Sequence record: SRR2962707_526
Length of the DNA: 64,000 nucleotides
Reading direction: 5' to 3' (one strand)
Shown: one piece after another, positions 28,705 to 39,588 of the stretch
How positions within the stretch are numbered: position 1 is the first letter of the stretch
Layout: every line of letters starts with the position of its first letter
The notes under the pieces: model-generated
What the model was told of the DNA's origin: nothing
Database searches by the model: none
Seen by the model: the letters and a program-made list of their open reading frames with translations, nothing else
Program-made: the position numbers and the translations under genes

Positions 28705-29694
28705 TTAAGTACAAGGTTCGTTTGCCATATGACAAACAAAAAATTCGTTCAATTGATCGAGCTGTTCTTGCGTATTAGTAATACGGTTAAATTCGCTGCG
28801 AAATTGTGTTTTGTCCGCCAACGTTTGCAGGTACCAGCCAACATGTTTGCGTGCAATGCGCACGCCTAGATAATCACCATAAAACTGGTGAAGAGCATTC
28901 ACATGGCTGATCACTAACTGTTGCACTTCTAAAAGAGAAGGAGGCGCTAACAGTTCATTGGTTTGTAAATAGTGATTTATTTCCCGGAAAATCCATGGTC
29001 GTCCTTGTGCGGCACGTCCAATCATAACGCCATCTGCTTTGGTATAATCCATCACAAACTTTGCGGTCTTCGCGTCCTTGATATCGCCATTAGCAAACAC
29101 CGGAATGGTAAGGTGTTGTTTAATTTCGGCGATGGTATCGTATTCGACTTGGCCTTTAAATTTGCATTCACGAGTCCTTCCATGAACGGCCAATGCTTTA
29201 ATGCCAATGTCTTCTGCCATCTTGGCTATGGTGAGACCATTTTTCTGGTCTAGGCTCCATCCTGTTCTGATTTTCAACGTCACAGGAACGGACACACTAT
29301 TTACCACCGACTCTAGTATTTCTCGAACCAACACTTCATCTTTCAACAGAGCAGAGCCTGCGGCTTTGTTGCAGACTTTCTTAGCAGGGCAGCCCATGTT
29401 GATATCGATGATTTGTGCGCCAAGCTCAACATTTTGTTGAGCGGCTTCAGCCATCATCAGTGGGTCTCCGCCAGCAATTTGCACTGACCTTGGCGAGACT
29501 TCGGCATCATGAATTAAACGATGACGACTCTTCGTTGAGTTCCAAAGACGAACATCAGACGTCACCATTTCTGAGACGACTAAACCGGCACCCTGATCAT
29601 GGCAAAGACGGCGAAAAGGCAAATCTGTTACACCTGCCATAGGGGCAAGAATAACGGGTTTGTCAACGCAATATGAACCAATAGCAAATGCCAT
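28705..29694 (-). CDS. dusB: tRNA dihydrouridine synthase B
   Basis: LAPMAGVTD, IDINMGCPAKKV, VHGRTR and GVMIGRA; upstream of fis. Confidence 0.96.
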   Translation of the reverse strand: MAFAIGSYCVDKPVILAPMAGVTDLPFRRLCHDQGAGLVVSEMVTSDVRLWNSTKSRHRLIHDAEVSPRSVQIAGGDPLMMAEAAQQNVELGAQIIDINMGCPAKKVCNKAAGSALLKDEVLVREILESVVNSVSVPVTLKIRTGWSLDQKNGLTIAKMAEDIGIKALAVHGRTRECKFKGQVEYDTIAEIKQHLTIPVFANGDIKDAKTAKFVMDYTKADGVMIGRAAQGRPWIFREINHYLQTNELLAPPSLLEVQQLVISHVNALHQFYGDYLGVRIARKHVGWYLQTLADKTQFRSEFNRITNTQEQLDQLNEFFVCHMANEPCT

Positions 29695-29746
29695 GTTGTT
29701 CCTGAATACTGAATCGGATGTTTAAAGATCGGCGACAACGTCGAGC

Positions 29747-29783
29747 GGGCGTGCATAATACCTAGTCGATAGGCATTTTTGAA
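29747..29783 (-). promoter_or_regulatory. Sigma70 promoter of dusB-fis with GC-rich discriminator
   Basis: Minus strand reads TTCAAA-17bp-TATTAT-GCACGCCC, the architecture of the stringently controlled fis promoter. Confidence 0.7.
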
Positions 29784-29850
29784 GTCTTGACAGCACAAAA
29801 ATTGACTAAAAATTGTGCTTATTTTGCCGCTAGATCAAAATAACCCCAAA

Positions 29851-31203
29851 TTAGTAAGAGCGAGTCTCTGCTGGGAAAACTCTGAGTTGGTGAGTGACGG
29901 CTCTTGCGCCTGGATCACGGATCGGAATCACCAGATGAATTGGCGTGTTGGGTGGCATATAAGTGATGTCGAGGAAGTCTTTGTCTAGGTAGTTTTTAGG
30001 GGCGAAGAGGCGGGCGGCCACTGGTGCGCCATTAAGGTCAAAAAACTCCAGGGCAATTTTGGGCATGGGTTGAGCGTAGCGACTGGTGTTAGTGATAATG
30101 GCGTTGACTAACAACGCATTGGTTTGAGTCGGGTGGCTTTGAATGCGCACGTGTTGAATGCTAATGGCATGGATGTCTACAAACGTGGGGAGTGTGCAGC
30201 CGGTATAGGTGCAAAAAGTTCGGTAAAAAACGCGAAAATTTTCCGACTGACTGCCTTGCACAAAAAAGTGCCCTGTTACTTGTGTCGCCAGTGCGAATAG
30301 GGCCAATAGCGCGCCTAAAAACCACAGGAAAGTGCGAGGTTTTTTGTTGGATTTCTGCTCTTTTTCATATTCGCCAATCAAGGGGTCTAGGTATTCTTGG
30401 CTGGTGATTTGGTTAAGCGCATTGTTTTGCTGGCTGACTCGATTCGGGGCTTCTACTTCTGCTGCGGTTTGCGCGAGTGAATGCAGTGCCACCATATAAT
30501 CGGGTTCTGGCTCATTGGCCTTGGCATCTTGCTTAGGCTCTTTCTGGGTTGTCGCAAAGTGCTCTATGGTTTCTTTTTTGATGGGCTGCGATCTTGGCGA
30601 CGCGCTAAGGGCGGCTTCTACCTCGGCCAGTTCTAATTCCCACGGTGCCGGGTCACTGTTGTCTGTGACAGGCTTTTTGGGGGACGGTTTGGCTTGAGGC
30701 GTGTGTGGTGTTTCATTGCCAGCGTACGTGCTTTCGCTGACTTTGGTCGCCTTGTTTGGTGGTGTGGCGGAATAGGTTTTGTTGTGTTTTGGCGCGTCGA
30801 ATAATGGATCGTCTGGTGTGCCTGGGGCTAGATCGTCTTCGTCGAATAAGGTTTGCAGCCATTCCGGATTGACGGGTTCATCATCAGCCGAGGTGAACAA
30901 CATGGTGTTTTTCGCCGATGTGTCTGGCTGCTCTGCAAAAGCGTCATCAAATGCATTGGCTATTGGGTCTTGTGTCTCGCTGTAGCCCGCCTTGGTTGCT
31001 GTGTCGTTTGTCGCGGTATGCTCTGTGACTGGGGGTGGCGTGGCGATAGGACCATGGGATGAGGGGTTAGCGGCTTCCATGGCATCAAAAATATGGAAAC
31101 ATTGACCGCAACGCACTTTTCCTTTTGCCATGCTTAATACATCATCGGTTACACGAAATGCAGTGGAACATTTTGGACAACGAGTAATTAAGCTATCGGT
31201 CAT
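29851..31203 (-). CDS. Zinc-ribbon / DUF3426 domain protein
   Basis: N-terminal TRCPKC.T.FRV...G.VRCG.C, low-complexity linker, TM helix and C-terminal DUF3426-like domain; usual position between prmA and dusB. Confidence 0.88.
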   Translation of the reverse strand: MTDSLITRCPKCSTAFRVTDDVLSMAKGKVRCGQCFHIFDAMEAANPSSHGPIATPPPVTEHTATNDTATKAGYSETQDPIANAFDDAFAEQPDTSAKNTMLFTSADDEPVNPEWLQTLFDEDDLAPGTPDDPLFDAPKHNKTYSATPPNKATKVSESTYAGNETPHTPQAKPSPKKPVTDNSDPAPWELELAEVEAALSASPRSQPIKKETIEHFATTQKEPKQDAKANEPEPDYMVALHSLAQTAAEVEAPNRVSQQNNALNQITSQEYLDPLIGEYEKEQKSNKKPRTFLWFLGALLALFALATQVTGHFFVQGSQSENFRVFYRTFCTYTGCTLPTFVDIHAISIQHVRIQSHPTQTNALLVNAIITNTSRYAQPMPKIALEFFDLNGAPVAARLFAPKNYLDKDFLDITYMPPNTPIHLVIPIRDPGARAVTHQLRVFPAETRSY

Positions 31204-31250
31204 TGCGTTACGGCCTTCCTTATCGAACTTTCACAAAGAGCAATGTTGTT

Positions 31251-32144
31251 TTAAGCGTTTTTTACGCCAACAATGCGTACCCATTCTTCTTTTTCTGTCA
31301 TTGACTCAATGGTAAACCATTCCTGATACGCCTCGATGACTTCCTGTGCTTGATTCGCAAGGATGCCGGATAGCGCCAGTTTACCGTTAGGTTTCACTAG
31401 GGCGGTGATCGTTGTAGCCAATTGAGCAAGAGGGCCCGCTAGGATGTTTGCTACCACGATATCAGCTTGCAAGTCTGACTCATAAGGCGGCAGTTTTACT
31501 TCAATGCGCGCTGGGTCTATTTGGTTGCGTTCTGCATTGGCTTGGGTGGCTTGAACCGCTTGTGGGTCAATGTCGATACCCACCATGTTATTCGCGCCAA
31601 GCAATAGCCCTGCAATGCCTAGAATGCCGGAGCCACAACCATAATCAATGATGGTTTTGTTTTCGCAGTCAATGCTGTCTAGCCATTGTAGACATAACGC
31701 TGTGGTTGGGTGAGTGCCTGTGCCAAAGGCTAAGCCTGGGTCTAGCATCAGCGTGATGGCATTTTCATCAGGCACTTCGCGCCAGCTAGGGCATACCCAT
31801 AGGCGTTCGCCGAATTTGATGGGATGGTAGCTGTCCATCCATTCTCGTTCCCAATCTTTGTCTTCTACGATTTCAATTTTTAGCTCAAGTGACTCAGCGT
31901 CGCCTAATGCAGCGGCTTTGTGTTCAACGGCTGGGCGAATGTGCTCAAGGTCAGCATCCGCTTCAAATAAGCCAGTGACTTGGGTGTGCTTCCATAATGG
32001 TGTGGTGTTCAGGTCTGGTTCGTAGACTGGGTCGTCATGCACGTCTTCAAAGGTCACCACGATTGCGCCGCAATCTAGCAGAGTATCTTCAAAGGCTGGG
32101 ACGTGCTCAGGTGTGGTATTTAAACGTATTTGAAGCCAAGGCAT
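31251..32144 (-). CDS. prmA: Ribosomal protein L11 methyltransferase
   Basis: LDPGLAFGTGTHPTT, IDYGCGSGIL and VANILAGPL. Confidence 0.97.
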   Translation of the reverse strand: MPWLQIRLNTTPEHVPAFEDTLLDCGAIVVTFEDVHDDPVYEPDLNTTPLWKHTQVTGLFEADADLEHIRPAVEHKAAALGDAESLELKIEIVEDKDWEREWMDSYHPIKFGERLWVCPSWREVPDENAITLMLDPGLAFGTGTHPTTALCLQWLDSIDCENKTIIDYGCGSGILGIAGLLLGANNMVGIDIDPQAVQATQANAERNQIDPARIEVKLPPYESDLQADIVVANILAGPLAQLATTITALVKPNGKLALSGILANQAQEVIEAYQEWFTIESMTEKEEWVRIVGVKNA

Positions 32145-32218
32145 AAAACAAGAATCCGAAAATAAACAATCAAGGGGTAGAATAACGAAGCTGGGGAAGG
32201 TTCGCGAGTAGAAAATGA

Positions 32219-32253
32219 TTACCCCTAGCGATTTTTACGATCGCTAGGGGTAA
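32219..32253 (-). terminator. Terminator-like hairpin after accC
   Basis: TTACCCCTAGCGAT-N7-ATCGCTAGGGGTAA. Confidence 0.8.
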
Positions 32254-32265
32254 AAGCGTCAGCGA

Positions 32266-33606
32266 TTAAAGGCCGAGCTTTTTCTCCAAATAATGGATGT
32301 TAACGCCACCAGCAATAAAGTTCGCATCGTTTGTGAGATCTTTTTGCAGGTCAATGTTGCTCTTGATGCCATCGATGAAGGTTTCATCTAATGCACCAGA
32401 AAGGCGTTTTAGTGCCATAGTACGGTCCGGCGCATGACAGATGATTTTTGCAATCATAGAGTCGTACGTTGGTGGTACTGAGTAGCCGCTGTAAAGGTGA
32501 GAATCAACGCGTACACCGTTACCGCCTGGCGCATGGAAGTAGTTCACTTTACCAGGGCTTGGCATGAAGGTTTTAGGGTCTTCAGCGTTAATTCGTGCTT
32601 CTACTGCATGGCCGTTTAGCTTGATGTCTTCTTGTTTAAGAGTCAAAGGCATGCCGCTGGCAATACGAAGCTGTTCTTTTACGATGTCGACACCCGTTAC
32701 CATTTCTGTAACAGGGTGCTCTACTTGTACACGAGTGTTCATTTCGATGAAGTAGAAAGCGCCATCTTCGTATAGGAATTCGAATGTACCTGCGCCGCGG
32801 TAGTTGATCTTGATACAAGCATCAACACACGATTTTAAACAGGCTTGGCGAGATTCTTCGTTCAGCATTGGTGCTGGTGCTTCTTCCAATACTTTTTGGT
32901 GACGACGTTGCAAAGAACAGTCGCGATCGTATAAATGAATCGCGTTGCCTTGGCCATCAGCAAGTACTTGAACTTCTACGTGACGTGGGTTTTGTAGGAA
33001 TTTTTCCATGTAAACCGTACTGTCACCGAAGTAAGAACCCGCTTCAGATTGCGTCACGCTGATGGCTTTAAGTAGGCTGCCTTCGTTGTGAACAACGCGC
33101 ATACCACGACCACCACCACCTGCAGCGGCTTTGATGATCACAGGGAAGCCAATTTCACGAGCAATGCGAACACATTCTTCTGGATCTTCTGGCACTGGGC
33201 CGTTAGAGCCTGGAACGGTAGGAACGCCAGCTTCTTTCATGGCTTTAATCGCAGAAACTTTGTCACCCATAAGACGAATCGTTTCAGCTTTAGGGCCAAT
33301 GAAGGCGAAGCCAGAGCGTTCAACTTGTTCAGCAAAATCTGCGTTCTCAGCTAGAAAGCCGTAACCTGGGTGAATCCCAGAAGTGTCTGTCAATTCTGCG
33401 GCACTGATGATCGCAGGAATGTTCAGATAGCTTTGCGCTGAAGGATTTGGTCCGATACAGATGGATTCGTCTGCTAGGCGAACATGTAGTAGGTCGCGGT
33501 CAATTTTAGAGTGAACCGCAACGGTTTTGATACCGAGTTCTTTACACGCACGTAAAATACGTAGCGCGATTTCGCCTCGGTTTGCAATCAATACCTTATC
33601 GAGCAT
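32266..33606 (-). CDS. accC: Acetyl-CoA carboxylase biotin carboxylase
   Basis: [39 protein letters not shown] and [10 protein letters not shown]. Confidence 0.98.
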   Translation of the reverse strand: MLDKVLIANRGEIALRILRACKELGIKTVAVHSKIDRDLLHVRLADESICIGPNPSAQSYLNIPAIISAAELTDTSGIHPGYGFLAENADFAEQVERSGFAFIGPKAETIRLMGDKVSAIKAMKEAGVPTVPGSNGPVPEDPEECVRIAREIGFPVIIKAAAGGGGRGMRVVHNEGSLLKAISVTQSEAGSYFGDSTVYMEKFLQNPRHVEVQVLADGQGNAIHLYDRDCSLQRRHQKVLEEAPAPMLNEESRQACLKSCVDACIKINYRGAGTFEFLYEDGAFYFIEMNTRVQVEHPVTEMVTGVDIVKEQLRIASGMPLTLKQEDIKLNGHAVEARINAEDPKTFMPSPGKVNYFHAPGGNGVRVDSHLYSGYSVPPTYDSMIAKIICHAPDRTMALKRLSGALDETFIDGIKSNIDLQKDLTNDANFIAGGVNIHYLEKKLGL

Positions 33607-33627
33607 GATGAAACCTATTGCTGTGGA

Positions 33628-34080
33628 TTAAACGATGGAAACGAGAGGTTGATCAAATTCAACTGGCTCGCCGTCTTCTACAAGGATGGCACCGATAGTA
33701 CCAGACTTGTCAGCTTCGATTTGGTTCATCATTTTCATGGCTTCAACGATACAGATAGTATCGCCAGCGTTGACTTTTTGACCGACTTCAATGAAGGCTT
33801 TAGCACCTGGTGCTGAAGATTTGTAGTAAGTTCCAACCATTGGGGAATTTACTGTGTGGCCTGCGATTTCAGGTGCGGCTGCTGGTGCGGCAGAAGAAGA
33901 CGCTGGTGCAGGCGCTGGCGCAGCTTGAGGTGCTGGCGCTGCCATCATTTGTGGCGCCATAGCAACGGGAGCGCCGCCACGACTAATGCGAACGGCTTCT
34001 TCGCCTTCTTTGATTTCAATCTCGTAGACGTTAGATTCTTCTAGAAGCTCGATTAGTTTTTTAATTTTGCGAATATCCAT
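33628..34080 (-). CDS. accB: Biotin carboxyl carrier protein
   Basis: [12 protein letters not shown], Ala/Pro linker and EAMKMMN biotinylation site. Confidence 0.98.
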   Translation of the reverse strand: MDIRKIKKLIELLEESNVYEIEIKEGEEAVRISRGGAPVAMAPQMMAAPAPQAAPAPAPASSSAAPAAAPEIAGHTVNSPMVGTYYKSSAPGAKAFIEVGQKVNAGDTICIVEAMKMMNQIEADKSGTIGAILVEDGEPVEFDQPLVSIV

Positions 34081-34365
34081 TGTTACTCTCTTCTTTCGGT
34101 CTAAATTGTTTAGCGCTTTTATGAAGGCTAATCATTATTAATTCGGCACGCTCTGGCAAAAATAAAGATCTTTAATGAAGAGATTGCAAAACAGCCGTCC
34201 TGGCAACCTGCTAACATCAAATGACCAAAGGGAAGGGGTCAGAGTCATGTGGCGAGAAATTATCGTTAAAAACCGTGAAATTGTCCAGTTATGACGTAAA
34301 AAAACCGAAAACTGGCACTCCTGTTTTATATTTAACCAGTGGTAAACCGACCGGCCTTTTTTCAC

Positions 34366-36210
34366 TTAATCGCTTTTCGTTACAAAGTGTAGACGATTTA
34401 AAACCTCAGCCTTAGTCGGCTCACCCACGAGGGTTAACTTTTTCCTTTCATTGCCTTTAGTGTCTAGAAAAATCAGTGATGGCGGGCCGAAAATAGCGAA
34501 ATGCGCCATCAGCGCTTTGTTCTCTGGCGTGTTTTTGGTCACATCTACTCTCACAAGCTGAACGTTTTGCAACAGTGGACGCACGTCGTTGGCTTTAAAA
34601 ATCTCTTCTTCCATGACTTTGCAGCTAATGCACCAATCCGCATAAATATCCAACACTATGGGTCTGTTGTCATCGGCGGCTACCAAGGCGTGGATCTCAT
34701 CCAATCCACCGATGGTTTGTTTGAACATAGGTGCGGACAGTGTCGTGACCATGCCTTGACTGGCAGCAATGGGTTTTAGAGGGTTGCTTGAACCAGTGGC
34801 TCCGCCGTACATTTCGAACGCACCAATGACGCCAAAGAATAGGGCGAAGAACCAGCGCACTGGGTGAGAGTAAGACGTGGTGACTCTATGTAAGAAATAG
34901 GCACTGATCGCAAAAGCCAGCGCGCCCCACAACACAAGGTGTGTCATAGCGGGTAGCCAACGGGTGGCGAGCCAAATCGACACCGCCAGTAGGGCAAAGC
35001 CCATAATGACTTTGGTATCGTGCAGCCAAGGGCCATTTTTGGGTAGTATTTTGGGGCCAAAAAGTCCGACCAAGAGCAAAGGAATCCCCATGCCTAACGC
35101 CATGACAAACAGCATAAGCGCGCCATACCAAATATCCCCTTGGCTGGAAATATAAAGCAAGATGCCTGCCACGGGAGCCGAGACACAAGGTGAAACGATC
35201 AGCGTCGCCAGTACCCCAGCCATAAACGTATTTAGAGTAGTGCGTACGCTAGAGTTTGTTTCAGACTTGCCACTTTGTTGCAGTCGATTTTGCCAAGAAG
35301 AGGGCAGACGCAACTCATAAACACCAAACATGGCGAGCGCCAGCGCAATAAAGAGAGCGGCACTAATGCCCAGTAAAATAGGGCTTTGCAATTGCGCTTG
35401 CAGGTTGAGTTGAGTGCCAAAGACGCCAGCGATGGCACCAATGGCACCATACGTCAGAGCCATGGCCAACACATAGACAACGCTGTAATAGAAAGCCCCT
35501 AGTTTTGAGCGCCGAGTGCCCACCACAATAGCGCTAACAATTGGAATCATAGGCAATACGCAAGGGGTGAGTGAGAGCAAAAGCCCAAACCCAAAGAGCG
35601 CGGCAATAGCGGTCCACAGACTGCTTGATGCAAGCAATTGGCTAATGGAGGAGGCTTCTGAAGGCGCAAAATCAGGCGTTTGTGACGCAGACGATGACGT
35701 CTTTTTGCTGTCTATGCTAGGCTTTGTTTGTTCAGCGGTAGTTGTCGTGAACTTTTTTTCTACGGGCGGTACGGTAAATTCAATTGGCTCTACTTGTGGC
35801 GCATAGCAGAGGCCTTTTTCAGCACAACCTTGATAATGTAAGGCGGCCTTGATTTTGGTGCCAGCAGGTAAGGTAATGTCATAATAAATAGGAACCGATA
35901 GCTGGTGTTTGTAAACAATGACATCACCAAAGTATTTGTCGGTTTTGTCTTCTCCTTTCGGCAGCGCCGCGAAATGCAGTTTGTCGGCTTGCGGACCAGA
36001 AAGAGACAGGCGGTTTTGATAGAGATAATAACCTTCGTGAATAAACCAATTGGCTTTGATGATGCCATTTTGAGGGGCATCAATAGACACTTTGAATGCT
36101 TGCTCAACGGGAAGAAAGGTTGGCTCTAATGATTTGCTAGTGGGGGCAAAAGTAAAGGCAAAGGCCGTGCTGTTAACCAATAGCAAAAAAAATACAATCA
36201 ATGTGCGCAT
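34366..36210 (-). CDS. dsbD: Thiol:disulfide interchange protein DsbD
   Basis: YQGCAE.GLCY, TPCVLPMIPI, SPCVSAP and YADWCISCK. Confidence 0.95.
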   Translation of the reverse strand: MRTLIVFFLLLVNSTAFAFTFAPTSKSLEPTFLPVEQAFKVSIDAPQNGIIKANWFIHEGYYLYQNRLSLSGPQADKLHFAALPKGEDKTDKYFGDVIVYKHQLSVPIYYDITLPAGTKIKAALHYQGCAEKGLCYAPQVEPIEFTVPPVEKKFTTTTAEQTKPSIDSKKTSSSASQTPDFAPSEASSISQLLASSSLWTAIAALFGFGLLLSLTPCVLPMIPIVSAIVVGTRRSKLGAFYYSVVYVLAMALTYGAIGAIAGVFGTQLNLQAQLQSPILLGISAALFIALALAMFGVYELRLPSSWQNRLQQSGKSETNSSVRTTLNTFMAGVLATLIVSPCVSAPVAGILLYISSQGDIWYGALMLFVMALGMGIPLLLVGLFGPKILPKNGPWLHDTKVIMGFALLAVSIWLATRWLPAMTHLVLWGALAFAISAYFLHRVTTSYSHPVRWFFALFFGVIGAFEMYGGATGSSNPLKPIAASQGMVTTLSAPMFKQTIGGLDEIHALVAADDNRPIVLDIYADWCISCKVMEEEIFKANDVRPLLQNVQLVRVDVTKNTPENKALMAHFAIFGPPSLIFLDTKGNERKKLTLVGEPTKAEVLNRLHFVTKSD

Positions 36211-36317
36211 AATAATCTTTCGTAAAATAAGTTAGAGTGCGTGAATCTATTCCATCACGCGAATAGCGGATATAGACTATCAAGCCGTCAAAAAGTTGCT
36301 AGTCATAAGGGGTTAAA

Positions 36318-37175
36318 TTGAGCATTAAAACGATATCCTTACTGTTTGCTGTCATTTTCCTAGCAGGGTGTCAGGCAAATGTGAAAAAATCAGACTCATC
36401 ACAAACGATGGCTGACGCAGAACCGTCCGCGCCGACCTTGGCATCATCACAATCAACAACGCCGCCTCGCACGTCAGTCACACAAGCGGCGGCTTTACCT
36501 AAAAAAACGATGACGGCGTATGAGAGTCTTACTGACAAGCTGGTCAAACAGGGTCAACAAGCGCTGGCGGAGAAGCGTTTGCTTACGCCTGTAGAAGACA
36601 ATGCTAATTTGTATTTTCAAGCGGTGTTAGGGCGCGACCCAGGTAATTACTCTGCGACAGTAGGGATTGCCGAGATTGTCGATACTTACACCCAGTGGGC
36701 GTGGAATGCTGCGCAACAGGGTAATTATAAAATGGCGACTCGTTATTTGGCGTCCGCGCGTTCTGCTAACCCAGAAGATGCGACTATTACGCAAATGGAC
36801 CAACGAATTGCCCGTTTAAAAGCACAGCGAGCGGCCGCAGTAGCGCGTCAAAAGGCGGCTCAGCCATCTGCTGAGTCATTACAAAAGGAGAGCGGCCACG
36901 CCGTTGAGACAGCAGTGACGACGGCGCCAGCAAAAGCTGGGCAATACTTTTTGCCAAAGACGCTATTTAGTTTGAGTGACGATGAGATTGTTGAGAAAAT
37001 GCAGCCTATCATCGATAAGGTAAAAAAAGACAAAAATGACATTGCCATTTATTGGCCGAATGACAAAGAAGCGCGATTGATTTATCAAATTATTAACAGT
37101 CGTGTGGTTGATTTTCGTGTGCGGGCTATGATTTATCATCGCTCAGATTACATGGTCGAATTACAACAGAATTAA
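36318..37175 (+). CDS. Hypothetical lipoprotein with helical repeat-like domain
   Basis: Lipobox LAGC; LLTPVEDNANLYFQAVL helical motif. Confidence 0.7.
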   Translation: MSIKTISLLFAVIFLAGCQANVKKSDSSQTMADAEPSAPTLASSQSTTPPRTSVTQAAALPKKTMTAYESLTDKLVKQGQQALAEKRLLTPVEDNANLYFQAVLGRDPGNYSATVGIAEIVDTYTQWAWNAAQQGNYKMATRYLASARSANPEDATITQMDQRIARLKAQRAAAVARQKAAQPSAESLQKESGHAVETAVTTAPAKAGQYFLPKTLFSLSDDEIVEKMQPIIDKVKKDKNDIAIYWPNDKEARLIYQIINSRVVDFRVRAMIYHRSDYMVELQQN

Positions 37176-37184
37176 GGTGAAATA

Positions 37185-38249
37185 ATGATGGCGAGTTTAT
37201 TAAGTAAATTGCAGTTTTGGAAAGGTAGCTCCCATTTACCTGGTTTGTGGAAATGGTTGCTGGCGTTGGTGTGTGTGTTGGCTATTTTGCTCTCTGTGTT
37301 GGGCATGTATTGGAGCAATGAACCGAGCCAGTTTGATGTGGTTGCAGAAGCCAAAGCGACGGCGCAAGCGCGCGATGATCTGGGGGAAAACAAGCAATTG
37401 GTTGTGGGTTACACCACCGCCAATACATTGCATGAAATGGTGGATACCTTACTTAATAAGCCAGGCGGATTTATTTCGAATGATGTGATGCCACCAGGTA
37501 TATTTATGGACAATATGCCGTCTTGGGAATTTGGCGTCTTGGTACAAGTCAGGGATTTAGCCCGCGCGATGCGTAAAGAGTTTAGCCGTTCGCAATCTCA
37601 ATCTACCGAAGATGTGAACCTAAAAGTCGCTGAGCCGCAGTTTAACTTCGATAACAACAGCTGGGCATTGCCGTCTAGTGAAAGCGAGTACCTGCGTGGC
37701 AACAAAGAAATATTAGAATACATGGATCGCTTGGCGGGAAATTCTTCACAAGCCCCCGCGAAATTTTATGCCCGTGCAGACAATCTAGTGGATTGGTTGT
37801 CTGATGTTAGTACGCGATTAGGCAGCTTGTCTCAGCGTTTATCTGCCAGTGTGGTGAAAGTGCGCGAGAACACAGATTTGGCCGGTAATAAGAGCGCACA
37901 GGATGCGAGCAACAATAACAATGAAGAAGCTTATAAATACGTTAAGACTCCTTGGGGTCAGATCGATAACGTTTTTTATGAAGCGCGTGGTACAAGCTGG
38001 GCCTTGATTCACATTCTTAAATCCGTAGAAGTGGATTTTGCTCCGACACTGCGCGATAAAAATGCGCTTGTTAGCTTGCGTCAAATTATTCGAGAACTGG
38101 AATCCACTCAGGAAAGTGTGTGGTCTCCAATGATTCTAAATGGCAGTGGCTTTGGGGTGTTGGCGAACCATTCTTTGGTGATGGCGTCTTACCTTTCTCG
38201 TGCTAACGCGGCCTTGATTGATTTGCGCAGTTTGCTTGAGCAAGGCTAG
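37185..38249 (+). CDS. DUF2333 family protein
   Basis: LLNKPGG, DNMPSWEFG, FSRSQSQS and IDNVFYEARG; sits near dsbD as in pseudomonads. Confidence 0.85.
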   Translation: MMASLLSKLQFWKGSSHLPGLWKWLLALVCVLAILLSVLGMYWSNEPSQFDVVAEAKATAQARDDLGENKQLVVGYTTANTLHEMVDTLLNKPGGFISNDVMPPGIFMDNMPSWEFGVLVQVRDLARAMRKEFSRSQSQSTEDVNLKVAEPQFNFDNNSWALPSSESEYLRGNKEILEYMDRLAGNSSQAPAKFYARADNLVDWLSDVSTRLGSLSQRLSASVVKVRENTDLAGNKSAQDASNNNNEEAYKYVKTPWGQIDNVFYEARGTSWALIHILKSVEVDFAPTLRDKNALVSLRQIIRELESTQESVWSPMILNGSGFGVLANHSLVMASYLSRANAALIDLRSLLEQG

Positions 38250-38291
38250 GTTGCAAGCCTCAATAACGACCGTCTAAGAGACCATAGCGGT

Positions 38292-38807
38292 ATGAATACA
38301 AAGCAAAGTCATTTTATTCGTGCCGCTGTGTTAGACGACGCCCCGGCTATTTTAGCCATCTTTCAGCAAGGTGATCCGTTTGCGGTCACCGCCAATCGAC
38401 AAGACTGCATCAGTCTGCTTGACGTAATGGAATGGCTTGAAACCGCTACAGACAAGCACCCAATGTTGGTGATTGAAGCCCATGGGGAGGTGCTTGCTTG
38501 GTGTTCTCTTGAGCCCTTTTATGGTCTTCCTGCCTTTGATAAAGCGTCCGAATTTAGCCTCTATGTTGCTCCTGAACATCAACACAGAGGGTTGGGGAAA
38601 CAGCTTATTCATTATTTGTCGCAGCACCAAGACGACATTGGCTTTACTCATCTGATTGCGTTTATCTACGCAAGTAACGTTCGCAGCCAAGGCTTTTTTG
38701 CAAAGCAAGGGTTTGAGCAGTGGGGGTTATTGCCCAACATTGCGCAAAATGGCAGCGTCAAAGAAGACATTCATCTTTTTGGCAAAGAATTTAGCGAACC
38801 AAGCTAG
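38292..38807 (+). CDS. GNAT N-acetyltransferase (phosphinothricin acetyltransferase-like)
   Basis: SEFSLYV...RGLGKQL and N..S..FF.K.GF..WG.LP. Confidence 0.85.
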   Translation: MNTKQSHFIRAAVLDDAPAILAIFQQGDPFAVTANRQDCISLLDVMEWLETATDKHPMLVIEAHGEVLAWCSLEPFYGLPAFDKASEFSLYVAPEHQHRGLGKQLIHYLSQHQDDIGFTHLIAFIYASNVRSQGFFAKQGFEQWGLLPNIAQNGSVKEDIHLFGKEFSEPS

Positions 38808-38956
38808 CGCCGTCGTCGAATCTTAACGTCATCGTATTTGTGGGTGGCACGCTTTTTAAAGAAAAGTGGGCTTTGTCACAACAGAACTGTCATAACGACG
38901 CGATTAAAATTACCATAGGCGACAATTCCCTTTGAACGCATACCTTAGAGTGACAT

Positions 38957-39376
38957 ATGAACACGAAAATTTATAAAGAAGTCTTTTCCCTTGCCAGTGA
39001 TTTGATGTCTTGTGCAAATAAACAAGATCAAGCGGGCTTTGATACTTGCTACGCGCAATTGAAAAAAATCTGTGACGAACACGACAACACCGACAAGGAT
39101 CACCCGGTTCAATGGGAAGCGCTTGCTGACTTTACTGATGACATTGAATTGGCCATTGCGCTTTACCATAAGGCTTTATCAAAAGCGGAAGCGATTAATT
39201 CAAAAGACTACTTGTCTTCTATTGGTTATTCCACAGCCCGCCTGCAAGTTGAGTTTGGCGATACGGCCGGGGCCATTGCCTCGTTAGAAAAAGCCAAAAT
39301 CAACAGCAATAAAATCATCGACAAAGAGCTCAAAGCGGAAATTCACGACCTACTAAAAGAGTTGCAAGACGCCTAA
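38957..39376 (+). CDS. Hypothetical TPR-like helical protein
   Basis: 139 aa; WEALADF...AIALYHKAL pattern. Confidence 0.7.
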   Translation: MNTKIYKEVFSLASDLMSCANKQDQAGFDTCYAQLKKICDEHDNTDKDHPVQWEALADFTDDIELAIALYHKALSKAEAINSKDYLSSIGYSTARLQVEFGDTAGAIASLEKAKINSNKIIDKELKAEIHDLLKELQDA

Positions 39377-39391
39377 CCACACGCTAAAGCG

Positions 39392-39424
39392 CGTTACCCA
39401 GACGACATGGGTAACGTCGTTTTT
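39392..39424 (+). terminator. Probable intrinsic terminator
   Basis: CGTTACCCA-N7-TGGGTAACG followed by a T run. Confidence 0.65.
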
Positions 39425-39436
39425 ACCTCTCCCTTT

Positions 39437-39478
39437 TTCCTGTTACTGCTTTCCTGTTATTACTCTCCTAATTATTCT
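39437..39478. repeat. Three degenerate 14-bp tandem repeats
   Basis: TTCCTGTTACTGCT / TTCCTGTTATTACT / CTCCTAATTATTCT. Confidence 0.6.
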
Positions 39479-39588
39479 CTAGCTTTTCATCGGTGTCGTT
39501 TTAAAATGATTCGTACTGTCTTTGAGTGTCGCAAACGCAGAAAGACTATCTGATTTATTGCAAAGCTTGCCTAACGTAAGAGGGAATT

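Noticed and set aside
38873-38893. Pho-box-like pair TTGTCAC...CTGTCAT
   Set aside because: The repeats are 14 bp apart rather than the 11 bp PhoB requires.
39371-39400. attC-like left half GCCTAAC-CACAC-GCTAAAGC over the stop of the TPR-like gene, and GTTAGGT just before the isochorismatase RBS (about 40124)
   Set aside because: No complementary right half (L'/R') at a suitable distance, no repeated attC family and no integrase. Not supportable as an integron cassette array.
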